Source of the DNA: Octopus sinensis
Lineage: Eukaryota
DNA length: 64,000 nt
Assembly: GCF_006345805.1 (NCBI RefSeq)
Contig: NC_043001.1
Coordinates: 60,884,001-60,948,000 of the forward strand
Reading direction: 5' to 3'
Part shown: one piece after another, positions 26,682 through 40,228 of the stretch
How the letters are laid out: every line of letters starts with the position of its first letter
Position numbering within the stretch: position 1 is the first letter of the stretch
The notes under the pieces: generated by a model
Databases searched by the model: none
The model's input: only the letters and a program-made list of their open reading frames with translations
Told to the model about the DNA's origin: nothing
Translations under genes and position numbers: made by a program

Positions 26682-27954
26682 CGAGGGGCGTTCAATAAGT
26701 AATGCCCGTGACCCACTTCGCATAGCAGTAGAGCAACGAAACTTGGCACAGTTATTATTCTTTTTCTACATAGGAACCACCCAGAGTTACGCATTTCTCC
26801 CATCGTTTGATGCGGCTCTGGAGACCGTTTTTGTAGAAGAACCCAGCTTGGTCCTCCAACCTCAACGTGACTTCAGAAATCAAGGCTGCATCATCTGGGA
26901 AACGCTTTCCTTTCAAAAACAACTTCATGATTGGGAAGAGGTGAAAATCAGAGGGTGCAAGGTCAGGAAAGTAGGGGGGATGGGGATGAGTTCATAGCCA
27001 TGCGCCTGTGCTTCTGATCTGGCGACAAGCGAGTTGTGGACCGGAGCGTTGTCCTGCAGGAGGAGGATGCCTTTGCTGATCTTGCCCCGCCTCTTGATTT
27101 TGATAACTTCTCTTAATTTCCTCAAAAGTGAAGCATAATAGGCTCCTGCAATTGTGGTACTCTTTGCCAGGAAATCTGTCATCACTACTCCGTCCTGGTC
27201 CCAAAAGACTGTGAGCATGACTTTGCCAGCGGAGGGCTGCACCCTTGCCTTCTTTGGAGGGGGTGAGTCACGGTGCTTCTACTGCATTGACTGGGCTTTG
27301 GTCTCTGGATCATCGTGATGGACCTAGGTTTGATCCTGTGTAATCAGTCTTTTGAAAAATTTTGACTCATCTTCTTGGCACATCTCCAAATTCACCCTCG
27401 AGCACTCGACGCGTTCTTGCTTCTGGAAAGGCGTGAGCAACCTGGGAATCCATCTGGCAGACACCTTTTGCATATGCAAATGGTCATGAATGATAGTTTC
27501 CACAGACCTGGTACTAATCTTGACCTCATGGGCTATTTGGCGAATAGTTATGCGTCGATCTTCCAAAATGACAGCCTCAACTTGACGGACAGATGCCTCA
27601 TCAATGGCAGAAGGGGGCGACCAGATCTGGGAGCTGTTTCCACAGAGTTCCGACCATATTTGAATTCACGAGGCCAGCGTTTTACAAGGTCATATGATGG
27701 GGCATCATCACCATAAGTTACTTTCATTTCATCAAAAGTCTCCCGTGGTGTGCGTCCTTTCAAATACAAAAACTGGATCACTGCTCGACACTCAACAGGC
27801 TCCATTTCACACTTGACTCGGTTCAAACACCTGTAAATCAGAGCTGTAATTTGCTACTTACTCTATAGAGTTATAAATGATTGCACATGCAAAATTTCAG
27901 CTAGATCAAACAACTGCAAGTGGGTCAGAGGCATTACTTATTGAACGTCCCTCG
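26682..27954 (-). mobile_element. Full-length (1273 bp) mariner transposon, inactive
   Basis: TIRs cgaggggcgttcaataagtaatgccc / reverse complement cgagggacgttcaataagtaatgcct, with TA on both flanks (26680-26681, 27955-27956). Confidence 0.95.
26750..27826 (-). pseudogene. Mariner DD34D-type transposase pseudogene
   Basis: N-terminal HTH region (RAVIQFLYLKG...WPREFKYG...PRSGRP), KVSARWIPRLLT, LITQDQT, KVMLTVFWD, LLLQDNAPVH. Split across frames with stops. Confidence 0.93.
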
Positions 27955-28079
27955 TACAATGATTAGTCTTAGAGTGAATTCTGAATTGGTTTTCCGATGC
28001 CTTCTACAGGACTCGAAGTATGAACATTTATGTCACATTCTCACCAGCAGAGGAACGTGAGTTTTTTGGGGTTTTTTTT

Positions 28080-28175
28080 AACTCAAGCACAAAATGCGCC
28101 GCCTGGTCAGGAATGAAAATCATGATCTGGCGATCGTATGAAACGCTATTAGGCCACCCGCCCTCACATACACAG
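28080..28175 (-). mobile_element. tRNA-like SINE head relic (third type)
   Basis: Reverse complement gggtggcctaatagc...cgatcgccagatcatgattttcattcctgaccaggcgg. Confidence 0.4.
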
Positions 28176-28829
28176 ACAAAAACACACAAATACACACACA
28201 CGTTTCAGCATCCTAAATGTCGAACTCGGTTCGATAAATAGAAAGATTCATTATAGTTACTAGAAATATTATTGCGAGGAGGATCAAATTCTTTATTCGC
28301 TGTTAATGCTATGTTTTGCTTAGATCTAAATAATATGGAGGAGATCTCTTGTCCGACATGAAAAGCATTCAAAGACGAGGCAAACAAGGGATGGTTTGCT
28401 ACGTTTCAATAGCAGACTTTGTTTATAAAGCAACCCGCAGATATCAAACCATTGAATAATAAATTAATTTAGTATCGCTAAGACAATTTGAAGAATAGCT
28501 CTACAAAGAGAAGGCTCTTCTTAAGTGTGATAATCTCATTTAATTGAATTTTCAAGCCATTAAGAGAATTCCACTGTTTAAAATAATTTGATATGGTGAA
28601 TGTAGGATATGTTGTAGTAATGCAAACTAATCAAACATATATAGTAACTTACTCTCATATACGTCAGAAGAATACACTTCATTCAGTTGAGCGTTATCGA
28701 CCTATTTCTACATTTTATGCCATAAATATTACATGGCAGTTTCATCTTAAAACCAGTTTATATGCATACGCATGTATGCGCGTGTGCACACACACACATA
28801 TATATATTTATGTATGTATTTATATATAT

Positions 28830-28881
<52 letters not shown>

Positions 28882-28991
28882 ATAATATATATATATATAT
28901 ATTTAGCAGAACTTTCAGAAGTCACAGATTTTCGTGCGTTATATATACACTCGTACTTGCATTCTATTTTTCCTGTTCCCATCCACATAGC

Positions 28992-29069
<78 letters not shown>

Positions 29070-29071
<2 letters not shown>

Positions 29072-29360
29072 CTTTTAGTTTCTCTACCGTCAGCACAAGA
29101 ACAGCGAGTTTCCTTCAGACATACCGATTGTTCTTCCTGGCTTCATTCGGGCTAACTCCCGGCGATATCGTGTCGTTCCGGACAGTACTGCACCACATCT
29201 TCCTTTGCTTTCCTCCCTCTTACTTGCTCCCGGCGTCTACTTCATCATAATTTCAGCATGTCTTTGCTTCTGTAAATTGAAGCACATGGCCAGGTAAACA
29301 TGTCTGACACTTAGTCATTATGTCCTGTAAACTACCCGTGCCTGCTCTTCTTGTTACCTT
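29070..29360 (-). mobile_element. 3' end of RTE-type LINE
   Basis: Minus strand reads CLPGHVLQ...EGGKQRKMWCSTVRND, matching the RxxWxGHVxRM...RGRPRKxWxxxVxxD pattern. Confidence 0.6.
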
Positions 29361-31223
29361 ACGCACAACTCTCCCCATTTTCTAACCGAGCTTGGGACAG
29401 GCTTTGGGGTAAAAAAAAAATTTGCAATGAAGAACTAGAAGGGGAAAATTCATATACAAGATGTGCACATAAGGTTTTTCATCAGTTATCGTCCAAAAAT
29501 CATAATTTTACGTCTTGAACCATCACAATGTTTATTTCGATGGCATCAAAAGCCAAAACATACTAGGGGTAAATGAGTGAACGCAAATAACGGTGACGAA
29601 CAACGAAAATGCACACGTAGTTGGTAGAAATATAAATATTCATACAAAACAAATGTCTTACAGCTATGAGACAGCGTTAAGACAAGGTGTGAGTACTTGT
29701 AACGCTAAGGAAAATTACGTCCTAAATGACATTAAAAGGGAAGTAGAGAAAGAAAACTGGTTGTGAAAGACAGGAAAAATGGAGTAAAGTAAAGTGGGGA
29801 AGGGAACACAGAGAGAAAAATGTAGAAAGAGATAGAAGAGATAGTGCAGATAGAAAGGGAATAAAGGAGAGATTGCACAGAACAAGGGACAAGGAGGGAG
29901 AAGAGTGAAATGAAAAGGATAGACAGAAAAAAGTAGCAGAGAAGTAAGGTGATGAGAGAGGAATGATAGACAGGAAGCAAAAAGAGAAAGCGTGGAGGAA
30001 ATAATACAGAGAGTAAAAGATAAAGAATGAAACGTCGCAGCAAATATTACCCTCTTTATAGAATGCCAGGAGGTTGGAATAAACCGGAGGGTGCGTGGCG
30101 TTATATCAATTAATAATATTCAAAGATTGCACAGAAGAATGACAAAGGAATAAGCCGACAATTCACACACAAGATGTGGACATGCTCTTTCCTCATCAGT
30201 TATTGTTCAAAAATTATAAAAACCTGAAAAGCTAGTTCTAAAATCTCTCTAAGAGATGATAGTAGTAGTTGCACTAGCAAGGAATTTTCGTAGCCAGTTC
30301 AACATGGCTGTTCCGTTTGACGGACCTTACCAATTTTTTAACCACAAGAGCAGATCTCTTCTAGCTGATTAATAATGCACAACTGCATCTCATATATTGC
30401 GAGCAAGAGATCGAATCGTTACAAACTTGTAGTAACGTGACCAGCATACCAGTCTAGTTTAGAGCTATTTCTACCTCCCTTCAATACTGAACACCTCGTC
30501 TGCTAGAGATGGCAGTATATCTCGCAATATATATAAATTCAAGCGAAACGCAGTCGCTGATTCTGCAACAAGCTAAAAAGCGTATTCTAAAATCTCTCTA
30601 AGAGAGGATCGCAGTAGTTGTAGAAGAAAGTTATGTTCGTAGCCGTTTCAGCATGTGGTAGGGGTTCGTTTCCTTGCCCGCAATATATCGGATGCAGCTC
30701 TGCATCTTTAACCAGTTAGAGAAGTTGTCTTCTTGGGGTTAAAAAATCTCAGTAAAATCCGTTCGAGCGGAACCGCCATGTTGAAGTGGCTACGAACACT
30801 ACTGAATTATAAAAATGTTTCGCTTTTAACGATTGTAATGTTTAATCTCGTGGCGTCAACATTAAGATGCTGCTGCGAACATAAAGGAAACTCACGAAGA
30901 CAAAAACGCGGCACAGTTGTTACAAATATCAAGGTACATGCAAAATACAGATTTAGAGCTATGAGACAGCATTAAGTTAAAACGTGTAGAAATAACGCTA
31001 ATGGAAAATGATGTCCTATATATACATATATGCACATATATATGTAAATACTGAACCTCAGTATCTTTCGAAATGGAGGACTAAATTAAGTAAATATCAC
31101 AACTATAGAACATATCCATGAATCTTGCACTTCATAATCTTATGCATGTTTAATGCACAGGGGATGCTTAATGCGAGTGTATATTTATATATTTATTGAA
31201 ATTTTATAATAGACATATATGTG

Positions 31224-31264
<41 letters not shown>

Positions 31265-31276
31265 TATATATAATAT

Positions 31277-31476
31277 AATGTCCCAAATCTCCACTTTATC
31301 TCCTACTTCCAGTCACTTCACCCATGCAACCACGCACGTGGTGCTAGTGATATTTTTCCTTCTCTGAACTTCTCTTTTTCATTTCTGACGAAACGTCTTT
31401 TTAGCGAGTGTCAAACTAATATATTCATGTGCACGTCCTCTTGTTGTTTTGTTATTCTTATTTATGCTTGATCATT
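31277..31476 (+). mobile_element. Solo Penelope-type terminal-repeat fragment between (TA)n arrays
   Basis: Contains CTGACGAAACGTC (31385-31397), i.e. both hammerhead core halves fused with stem II missing. Confidence 0.35.
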
Positions 31477-31484
31477 CAATTCGG

Positions 31485-31550
<66 letters not shown>

Positions 31551-31551
<1 letters not shown>

Positions 31552-31760
31552 TCTTTTATTATTTTACTTGTTTCAATCATTTGATCGTGGACATTCTGGA
31601 GTACCACCTTGCGCAGTTTACTTGAAGAAAACGCCCCCAGGTCTTATTATTTGTAAGACTAGTACTTATTCTATCATTTTCTTTTGCCGAACCACTAATG
31701 TAGGGGCACACAAACATACCAACATCAGTTATCAAGGAGGACTAACACAGACACCAACAC
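31551..31760 (-). mobile_element. SINE family A, 3' half
   Basis: ttttacttgtttcaatcatttga...agtacttattctatc...ttttgccgaaccactaa. Confidence 0.8.
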
Positions 31761-32076
31761 ACACACACAAACACATATATATGTATATATAGTACATTTT
31801 AATGGTAGATCATGGGGTAGATCAGATAGGGAGAACGCATTTGACATAGCAATGAGTCCATACGATTATGCTCAAGTCACTGACCTGGTCGGAATATATA
31901 TCTTCTCATTAATCCAGTCTTCCTTTCCGGAATTAACATTGGCAGTCGGATGTAACGTCATTACACCTGTCCTTCAGGGATACACAGGCGCGCGCTTTCA
32001 ATCAGTTTACAAGGTCAAATCGTAGCAGAGAGATAGAATCTAATGAAAACACTGAATGTTTATACGTATATGTGAA

Positions 32077-32109
<33 letters not shown>

Positions 32110-32113
<4 letters not shown>

Positions 32114-32560
32114 GAGATTCGCAGCCAGCAGAACTGAAAAAAACATCACAGATGTGAGTGCAGCTGTGAGGGAAAATCATCGAATCACTATCTATGATTA
32201 ATCAGAGAACGTGCAGATTATTACGGTTCAGTTCGGTCCATTACCACTGAAGATTTGGGTATTGGATGCGTGTCTACGAAGTTTGTGCCACAACTGCTTT
32301 CAGTTGACCCAAAGAGAACTCGGGTTTCAGTTACACAAGATCTCCTTCATTGTGCCTAGAACGATAACTAATTGAAATCTTCGCGTAGGTCTCTGAGCAG
32401 GTATCGCCATGCTTTTGGTAAAATTTCCTGCAGATCCTCTGATCCACTTTTTCTCTCATAGTCGTTATGACGATCAAACGCTACACACTTTACTTCTAAG
32501 CACTGCTTTAAACAACAGCATTGAGGTAGAACATTAAAACACTCCGGATAGTTATTGGTC
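32110..32560 (+). mobile_element. Mariner transposase relic
   Basis: Reads ENHRITIY...YGSVRSITTEDLGIGCVSTKFVPQLLS, matching DRRITI...V..KWVPxLLT. Confidence 0.7.
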
Positions 32561-32657
32561 AGACAACGAATTTATATGTATGTATGTATATGCATGCATG
32601 CATGCATGCATGCATGTACGCATGCTTATATATATACATATATATACACACACACAA

Positions 32658-32832
32658 ACGTTAGCAAGCCGGGCGAAATACTTAATGGTTTTTCGTCTGC
32701 CTTTACGATTTGAGTTCTAATTCTGACTTTGCATTTCATCCTTTCGAGGTCGATAAATTAAGTACCAGTTGCGTACTAGAGGTGATCGAATAGACTGGCT
32801 CTCTCTTCAAAATTTCGGGTTTTGTGCCTAGA
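32658..32832 (+). mobile_element. SINE family B
   Basis: gttagcaagccgggcgaaatac...tttcatcctttcgaggtcgataaattaagtaccagttgcgtact. Confidence 0.8.
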
Positions 32833-34029
32833 TACCCACACATTCACACACATACCTACATTACAAGCATACATACATACATACATACATACATACATAC
32901 ATACATGTGCGCATTTATATGCATATAAATACATAAAATATACGCACACACAATATATGAATTTATGAAATATCTCATGAATACATATATGTAATCATAC
33001 TTACATGTTGCCTCTCTTGAACTGGCATAGTCTTATATTGACATGCATCAATGTGGAGGTATTAGTACCCTAACACTCTTCTCAGTTTTGTATTTCTATT
33101 TATTTCCTCTAGTGGTCAACTGCAGTTTGCAAATGTTTTCAAATGATTAAAATTATAAAAATATGAAGCTAATTCAATAAGTCGTAGAAATAATGTTTGA
33201 ATAAATATAGTCTTGTAATCTCCAAAAAGAACAATATGTTATAAAATTCCCTGCACATTATTTCATTGTTACTACGATGAACAGATGCTACTCAGCAACA
33301 AATTTTATACAAAGAATACACAATAATTCTGGATATTTTCTCTACATCTTTTGACGCATCAAACAATTTCTAGCTTTTTAGTCTTATTAAAGATCTTTAA
33401 AACATTCATTTTCCCATCATCTCTTTTATAATCCTCCGTATACCGTGACTGAATATTTATGCAGGATAATTTTCAATGCTTCGGCTTCACTGGATCTTTG
33501 TTTTTGATTATAAGACAATAAGAAATAAAGAAGCTGATTCCGCATGAATTAATTCTTTGTAGTTCTCGTCAGATTCTATTTGAAATTGTTCTTCTGTAAT
33601 AGAAAACAAAAACTCACGCACTCTCGTATACACGTCCACATTTACACATAGATACACATTCACACGCACCGATATATACACATATATATGTACATCCATA
33701 CACACCTGTGTATATTCATAATAACATATACACACATGCAATTAAGTGCATGTGTGCGTGTGCGTGCGTGTGTGTTCAAAAATCACTTCAAATTACAGCA
33801 ATTAAATCCTACACACTATATTATATTCCTTGCTGAATTTCTAAACATGTATTAGAGTATAATACATTGTTATAAAGAAATATATTTGGGCATTATGTTT
33901 GATACATTTGAAAAACGAAAAATGAGAATATTTTTTCCACTATCTTACAAAACAACACTTTTTATCTTATACAATAAGAAACCACCATAAAAACCTCAAC
34001 ACTTTTTGTAAACGCACGCAAGACCTCAT

Positions 34030-34067
<38 letters not shown>

Positions 34068-34086
34068 CACACACAGAGATGCATAA

Positions 34087-34290
34087 ACGCACACACAGAG
34101 TTTTTAACATTTACTTGTTTCAGTCTTTGAAGTGTAGCAATACTCACGCACCGCCTTGACGTCTTCAGTCCAATAAATTGACCCAGTATTTCTTTTCTTT
34201 AGGTGTTATTGCATCTGTACCTTATGCTGAACCACTCTTTCACGTGGACGTGTTCAGATCAATACAGGTTACCAAGCAGTGGTGTGGTTC
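34087..34290 (-). mobile_element. SINE family A, 3' half, decayed
   Basis: ttacttgtttcagtctttgaa...caccgcctt...aattgacccagta. Confidence 0.55.
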
Positions 34291-34419
34291 ATTGAGACCC
34301 ATAAAGAGAGACACATATGCATATATACATAAATATATGTGGCAAATATGGGGATAAACAAACTAGATGAATTAAATATAACAGTTTGGTTATAAAAAAA
34401 CTATATGTATATATGTATA

Positions 34420-34990
34420 CATGCAAAATGAGAGAAAGTAAAAGATGGAGACTCTCAGACGGTGAATAAACAGATATTTATATTAATTGATCCAACTTAC
34501 ACAGACTACAATCGACAAAGTTAAAGGGGTGGAAGAAAGGTGATGTAAGTCCAACAGCTGTTTCTGTTGGCTCTACGAGTCACCACAGTGTTTGTAGATG
34601 TAGTTCATCACGATATGCTGCCGTAATAGAAGCAATGATCAATGGATAAGGTGAGCCTCCATCATTTGGTTAGAAAAGATCGTGCATTTCAGATCTTACT
34701 GCTGAGAAGTTCAAACATGGAATGACTAAATATCGATAGCTAGCCGCATTAAAGGGGAGAAGTAGGAGGGTCGGTACGGTTGTAGCGAGTGTTAAGGCAA
34801 GGAATGGTGAGAAGAGATAAGAGAGCTATTTCAATAAGTGGGAGGATTTAATAATGAGGTATCAAGGAAGGTGGTATTAGAGGTGGAGAGTAGGGTTGAT
34901 GAATGGGAGGAGCCAGATACACAGTAATTGAAGGGTGATCAGTTTAGTTTTTATATAGTTTGTGTAAAGTTTAGGGATTATAGTTATAGA
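34420..34990 (-). mobile_element. Inverted Penelope-type terminal region with degenerate hammerhead-like motif
   Basis: Minus strand 34617-34549 reads GTGATGA...GAA-ACAGCTGT-T-ggac (8-nt palindromic stem III). It lies just upstream of, and opposite to, the Penelope ORF. Confidence 0.45.
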
Positions 34991-35029
34991 ATTATTTGAA
35001 GTTGAGATGGTGAGAAAAGGAATGGCAGA

Positions 35030-36420
35030 ATTCGTAGTTATTCATGAAGAATAACTTCGACAAACATCGGGGACTGCGATGGGTGCGAGAATTGCTCCCT
35101 CCTTTTCTAACATAGGCATGGGATATATAGAATTTAGTCTTTATCGTAATGTACTAGAAAAATACGACAACGAATTCTGCCTCTACATAGAAAATCACTG
35201 GAAGAGGTATCTGGATGACTGTTTCATTCTTTGGCATGAAAGTATGGAGAGACTTAAAGAATTTCAAGCACTTATAAATGGACTTGCAGTAAACATTCAA
35301 TTTATGATGGAATAGAGCCATCAAAAATTCCCTTTCTTCGACATCCTCATTAAAAAATCCAACAACAAAGTAGAAACAATAGAAACAGCCCACGGACTCC
35401 AAGCAATATCTACTGTGCAACTCATGCCACCCCAGACACACTAGAATGAATATCCTCTTCAATCTAGCATAAAGTATTTGTACAGACTCCAGGGACACAC
35501 GACTATATAAACTAAGGGATACACTCATTATCAGGAACTATCCACAATCACTAATTGGTATAGGCTTTCAACGTGCCCTACAACTCAACATCTACGAACT
35601 CAGACATCCCAAACCAAAGAAGTATTTACAACCAAAAGCCTTACCGTACATGTCCAAATACAACTCCCTTAACAATGAAGCCTTCGACACCATCCTCCAG
35701 AACATTCAGTTACTAAAAATGGACCACAGAATGAAATTAATCCTCCAAACGCACCCCCCCCCCATAAGGAGCAAACAACAAACCAAATCTATGAAAAGTC
35801 TCCTAACACAAGCCCAACAACACTGAAGCCGCCATCAAAAACAAATGCGGAAGACCTAACTGTGGTATGTGCGTCAACCTAATTGAGGGATAGGAGTTTT
35901 CTTTCAAACAGGGTCGACGTAACGTTTTACAGTAAAAAACAAGTTCACATGTGATTCGGAAGACCTTATATTATTATATATGTATTAACTTGCTCAGTGT
36001 GTCGAGAACAATACATAGGCCAAACAAAAATTAGTCTACGTCAAAGGATGACTCTACATAGGTCCCAGATCAAAATTCGGGAATATAGAAGAATAGCACT
36101 CAGCGAACACATCAACATTTGCGCCACTAACGAACAACCCGGCTTCAGAATTTTTCCCCTCTATAAATTCAGCGATGTTCCAATCTATAATCAACGCATT
36201 AGCAAAGGATCATATTGTTACGGAATCACCCGTCGTCGCTCGCCCGGACGGTCAAGTTCGCCACGGAACCCAGGAGAGGAGAGAGAGATACAACAACAAC
36301 AGCAGCAGCACAGAGAGATACAGAGGCAACCGAGAGAGACACAAAACGGCAAGGCAACAACTGGCTTACATTTAACAACTAGTTTATATGACAATCAATT
36401 GTTACAACATCAAAGCATTT
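35030..36420 (+). mobile_element. Penelope-like element, RT plus GIY-YIG, 5' truncated and pseudogenised
   Basis: GTAMGARIAPS, WKRYLDDCFILW, then CREQYIGQTKISLRQRMTLHRSQI...FRIFPLYK. Stops and frameshifts present. Confidence 0.92.
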
Positions 36421-37554
36421 AAAGGAAACAACAAATCAATACAGGTATACAACAGATCAAAGCACTCAAACATGCAAGTAACAATATAACCGTCCGGTAA
36501 CGACACTACAAGGTCAATGCATCAGCATTTCAAAGGTACACGTCCGAAAACACAGTTTTTTTTCAAATCACATCAACAGATAACGTTCACAGTTCTTTAA
36601 AGTCTTTTTTCTATTTTCTTTTGTAACATGTATCAACACAATTCTGAACATAAATACCACAACATCGACAAGTCCTTTTCTCAATTCACAATGTTCTTTT
36701 CACTGTCTCATTTCTTTTCACTGTTCATTTCGATTCCTTGTCCTTCTTTTTCTACACATATCAATACACAATTCACGTACCTTAATTCCTAATTAGAATA
36801 GCCAGTGTCCCATATTGCACTTCACATCCCTTCCAGCACCGCTAACTCCAACTTGCCAAGCTCTTGCCCCGAATTCCCAACTGCTCGCCTTGACGACCAA
36901 AATCCGACTGTCCAAAAACCTCACTTGCTCTACCTTGCCACTACCCTAATCTCTCTCTCGCAATCACTCTCTCCCTTAGCTCTGCTATACTCTCTGCCTG
37001 TCTTTATCCTCCATCTGTCTCTTAGCCTTATACTCTCTCTATCCCGCCTAGTCCTATGTCCCTATCTTTATCGGCGCTGCTGCCGCCATCCTCTCTATCT
37101 GCTCTCAGATTCCTTACTCTATCTTTCTTACTACTTTCCTCTTCCTCGGCCCTCACATCTCTCTGACCCCAATCGACCGCACAAGGCCAAAAGGTCCCTC
37201 CAAAAAGCCATTACTCTTCCAGTAAACAAAGGGATGTTGCTTTTCTTCCAGACGTGCCGGCGCCACTCCCAAAAAGTGGGTCAAGAAATACTGCACTAGC
37301 CAAGCCATAACAATATTTTATCACAAAATACACACCTGTTTTTGAATGCGTCCACCATAAATCACACTATTATAAGGTCCTCACAATAATACCCACGCAA
37401 ATATTAAAAACGATATATTCAAAAGAGTCACTACCCATGAATTTATTCAGAACCATTCCAAATACTACTATTACAAGTACAACAGGTCACTTTTAGGTCA
37501 CTTGACCATTTAAGAGGATTCCACCAACATCCTACTACTGCCATACTACTCCCG

Positions 37555-37710
37555 TATTTTCTTCTTCTTCTTCTTCTTCTTCTTCTTCTTCTTCTTCTTC
37601 TTCTTCTTCTACTACTACTTCTTCTCTCCCTTCTTCACCTTCTTCTACTCCCTCGTCTTCTTTATCTACGCCTTCCTCCTCCTCCTCTTCTTCTTCGCCG
37701 CTACCTTCCT
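37555..37710. repeat. (CTT)n/(CCT)n pyrimidine tract
   Basis: Direct reading. Confidence 0.95.
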
Positions 37711-39529
37711 CGACTACTATAGCTTAAACAATCAAATCCAAGAACTCGTATCGAATATTCTTTTAGGACTGCTAATACCTACTACCAAGCATTCACAAGA
37801 GTAAAGGAGAAAGAGAGTGTGTGAGAGAAAAGGAAGATGTCACTTGTATTTGAAAACTATAGAAATATTTTAAAAAGCATTTCATTTACTTTTCCTACAA
37901 TTTAATTCTTTCTCATGCTTTTCTCTAATTTAAAAAAGTCGCAAAAACTGAAACCAGTACTAAAATATCACAGAACTGTAGCTTAGGTTTCACGATCCCG
38001 TGCGTCAGATAGTATATTACTCTACCGTTGAGAATCGAGTACTATTTTCCACGTTGTTTTCCACTTCATGTATATATATATATATATATATATACTTCGA
38101 AGAGAAGTATATGCATTAGAGAAAATCATTTTCTCCTTATAATCATAAATGTGTGTGTGTATGTATGAATGTATGTATCAAAAGAATGTGTTGTAATAGT
38201 ATTCCATATATACAAAAACAGGCATACCAACAATTCAACATACCTCGATCACCAGCTGCCCCACGAATATTATTATGACTTGAACACTTTGGCAGTATCA
38301 TTCAATCCGGCGGTGCCAACAGCACTAAAATAAGTGTTGATTGGCAAGAAATATACCAAAGAAACCATTACTTCCAAATACATTTACCCTATGTACAACA
38401 GTATTGGTAAATAAATTCAATAAATAAACCCGTAACTAACTCCTAAATATGTAACTAAACAGCGACCAAACCTTTAAGTCATACATAAAATATTACCTAC
38501 AGTCTTCCATAGTATAATATAAATCTGAAAGCTTTATAACCACATTCATTCAATCTAAATATAGGCAGGATTAAACACTAACTTTAAAATTAAACTACAA
38601 GAAACATAAATCTATGTACATCTGTATCGGTATTAATAGTAAACATACAATAACTAAATTATATAGTGAATAGCGATGAATGTAAGTATGTATGTATCAG
38701 CATTGTACACACTTCACTTATCCTCTGCCCAGTATCGAACGTATAAATACTTCCATTTCGCTTCTGCTTTTTTCAATCGGACAGCAATCTCTATCTTTTA
38801 TATACTTTCTTTAATTCATTTTGACCATTATATTATATTCTCAAAAACTTTAATTCTCTATCTTAACACACTTGCAACAACGGTTTAATAAAATGCAAAA
38901 AATGCAGTGCAAAACATTAATAAAAGTTGGTCGTGTTATCTACTCCATCTAGGTGAATATGTAAAGGAAAAAATACATTTGAATAAATTACACGTCTTGT
39001 AAGTAATTGAGGTAGGAATACAACATTCAAATAAATATTTAAAATGGATGAATCACAATGATATACAGTGACACAAAGTAGTTCATTTTATGTTCATATG
39101 TGCTTATGCATGTGAGCATGGGTCTGTATTCTTGTGCATGTGCGTGAAAAAGTGAAAAGGAGAAAAACGAGAAAACCAGACAAAAAAGACAATTAGAGAG
39201 ATATACAGAGGGTGGCATGGTAAAGCTTGAATTTATTTATGTTTACATTTTGTGAATATGCATATACTTGTACCTGTTATGCCTATCGTATGTGTAGATG
39301 AATATAAATGAGAGAAAAGGGAAATGTTGAAATAGAACACATAAATTTGCAGATAAATATGTGCTCAAGCTAATGTATAAAGACAAACTGAGATGAGTAA
39401 ATTGGCGCCATTTATATTTATTCATTTCGTGCATGCGCATTGTGTTTTTTCCATTTTGTCGACAACACAGTATAGTAGAGTCAGTCGGGCACGGTCTGTG
39501 AAAACAACAGCAACACGACACAATTCACT

Positions 39530-40228
39530 CTGCTAGAAATTTGGAGACGGCATGTTGTACTGCTTCGCATTCGCGCCGGAAGATCTAATACGAACATTTC
39601 AGAGTGTTTTGGTGTCAGTCTGAGGACATGTACCGGGAGTGATAAAAATCAAACTTCCAGTCAGCATCATGGTGTTTAGAGTGATCACTATTAATGGCGG
39701 CGTTATGCCTCCATTCATCTTCCCACACGGCTTCAGACGCACCATGAAAGTTTACATCACTTGCCTGAAGGTGGAAGTGCTGCCCTGAGTCAAGAGGCTA
39801 ACTGCTGGAAAAACCTGTGTGTGGAAACACGAATCTGTTCGATGGCACACAAGCATGAGAACCCAGTCATGGCTGTCAGACAATGTCTGCGACCACATCA
39901 CTTCTAATATCTGACTAATATCCTACCTATCCAGATTGCAATCCTCTTGATTGTTATGTGTGAGCTGCAGTCCAAAGACCAAAATAACTCCTTGTAACAC
40001 TAACGGATAATGACAGCATTCACCAACATAAACAAGGAGTCATAAACAAGAGTTGCAAGAGATTCCGAAGTCGTCTGGAGGCGGAGATGAAGGTAATGAT
40101 GATGTTATTGAATAATGATGATTTCAAGATGATTTTGTGTAATTTTGATAGTTACATCTGTTAAATGAGATGTCAGTCTTCTTTTCATTTTCTTGTACTT
40201 TAGGCGACAATATATTCATCACACCCTG
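39530..40228 (+). mobile_element. Tc1/mariner (maT/DD37D-like) relic with one terminal repeat
   Basis: Contains MRTQSWLSDNVCDHITSNI and a YPDCNPLDCYV-like stretch; ends caccctg followed by TA (40229-40230). Confidence 0.65.

Noticed and set aside
33005-33593. Minus-strand exon with strong acceptor (ttttctattacag) and donor (gtaagt)
   Set aside because: Stops in all three frames; at most non-coding, and unsupported without RNA data.
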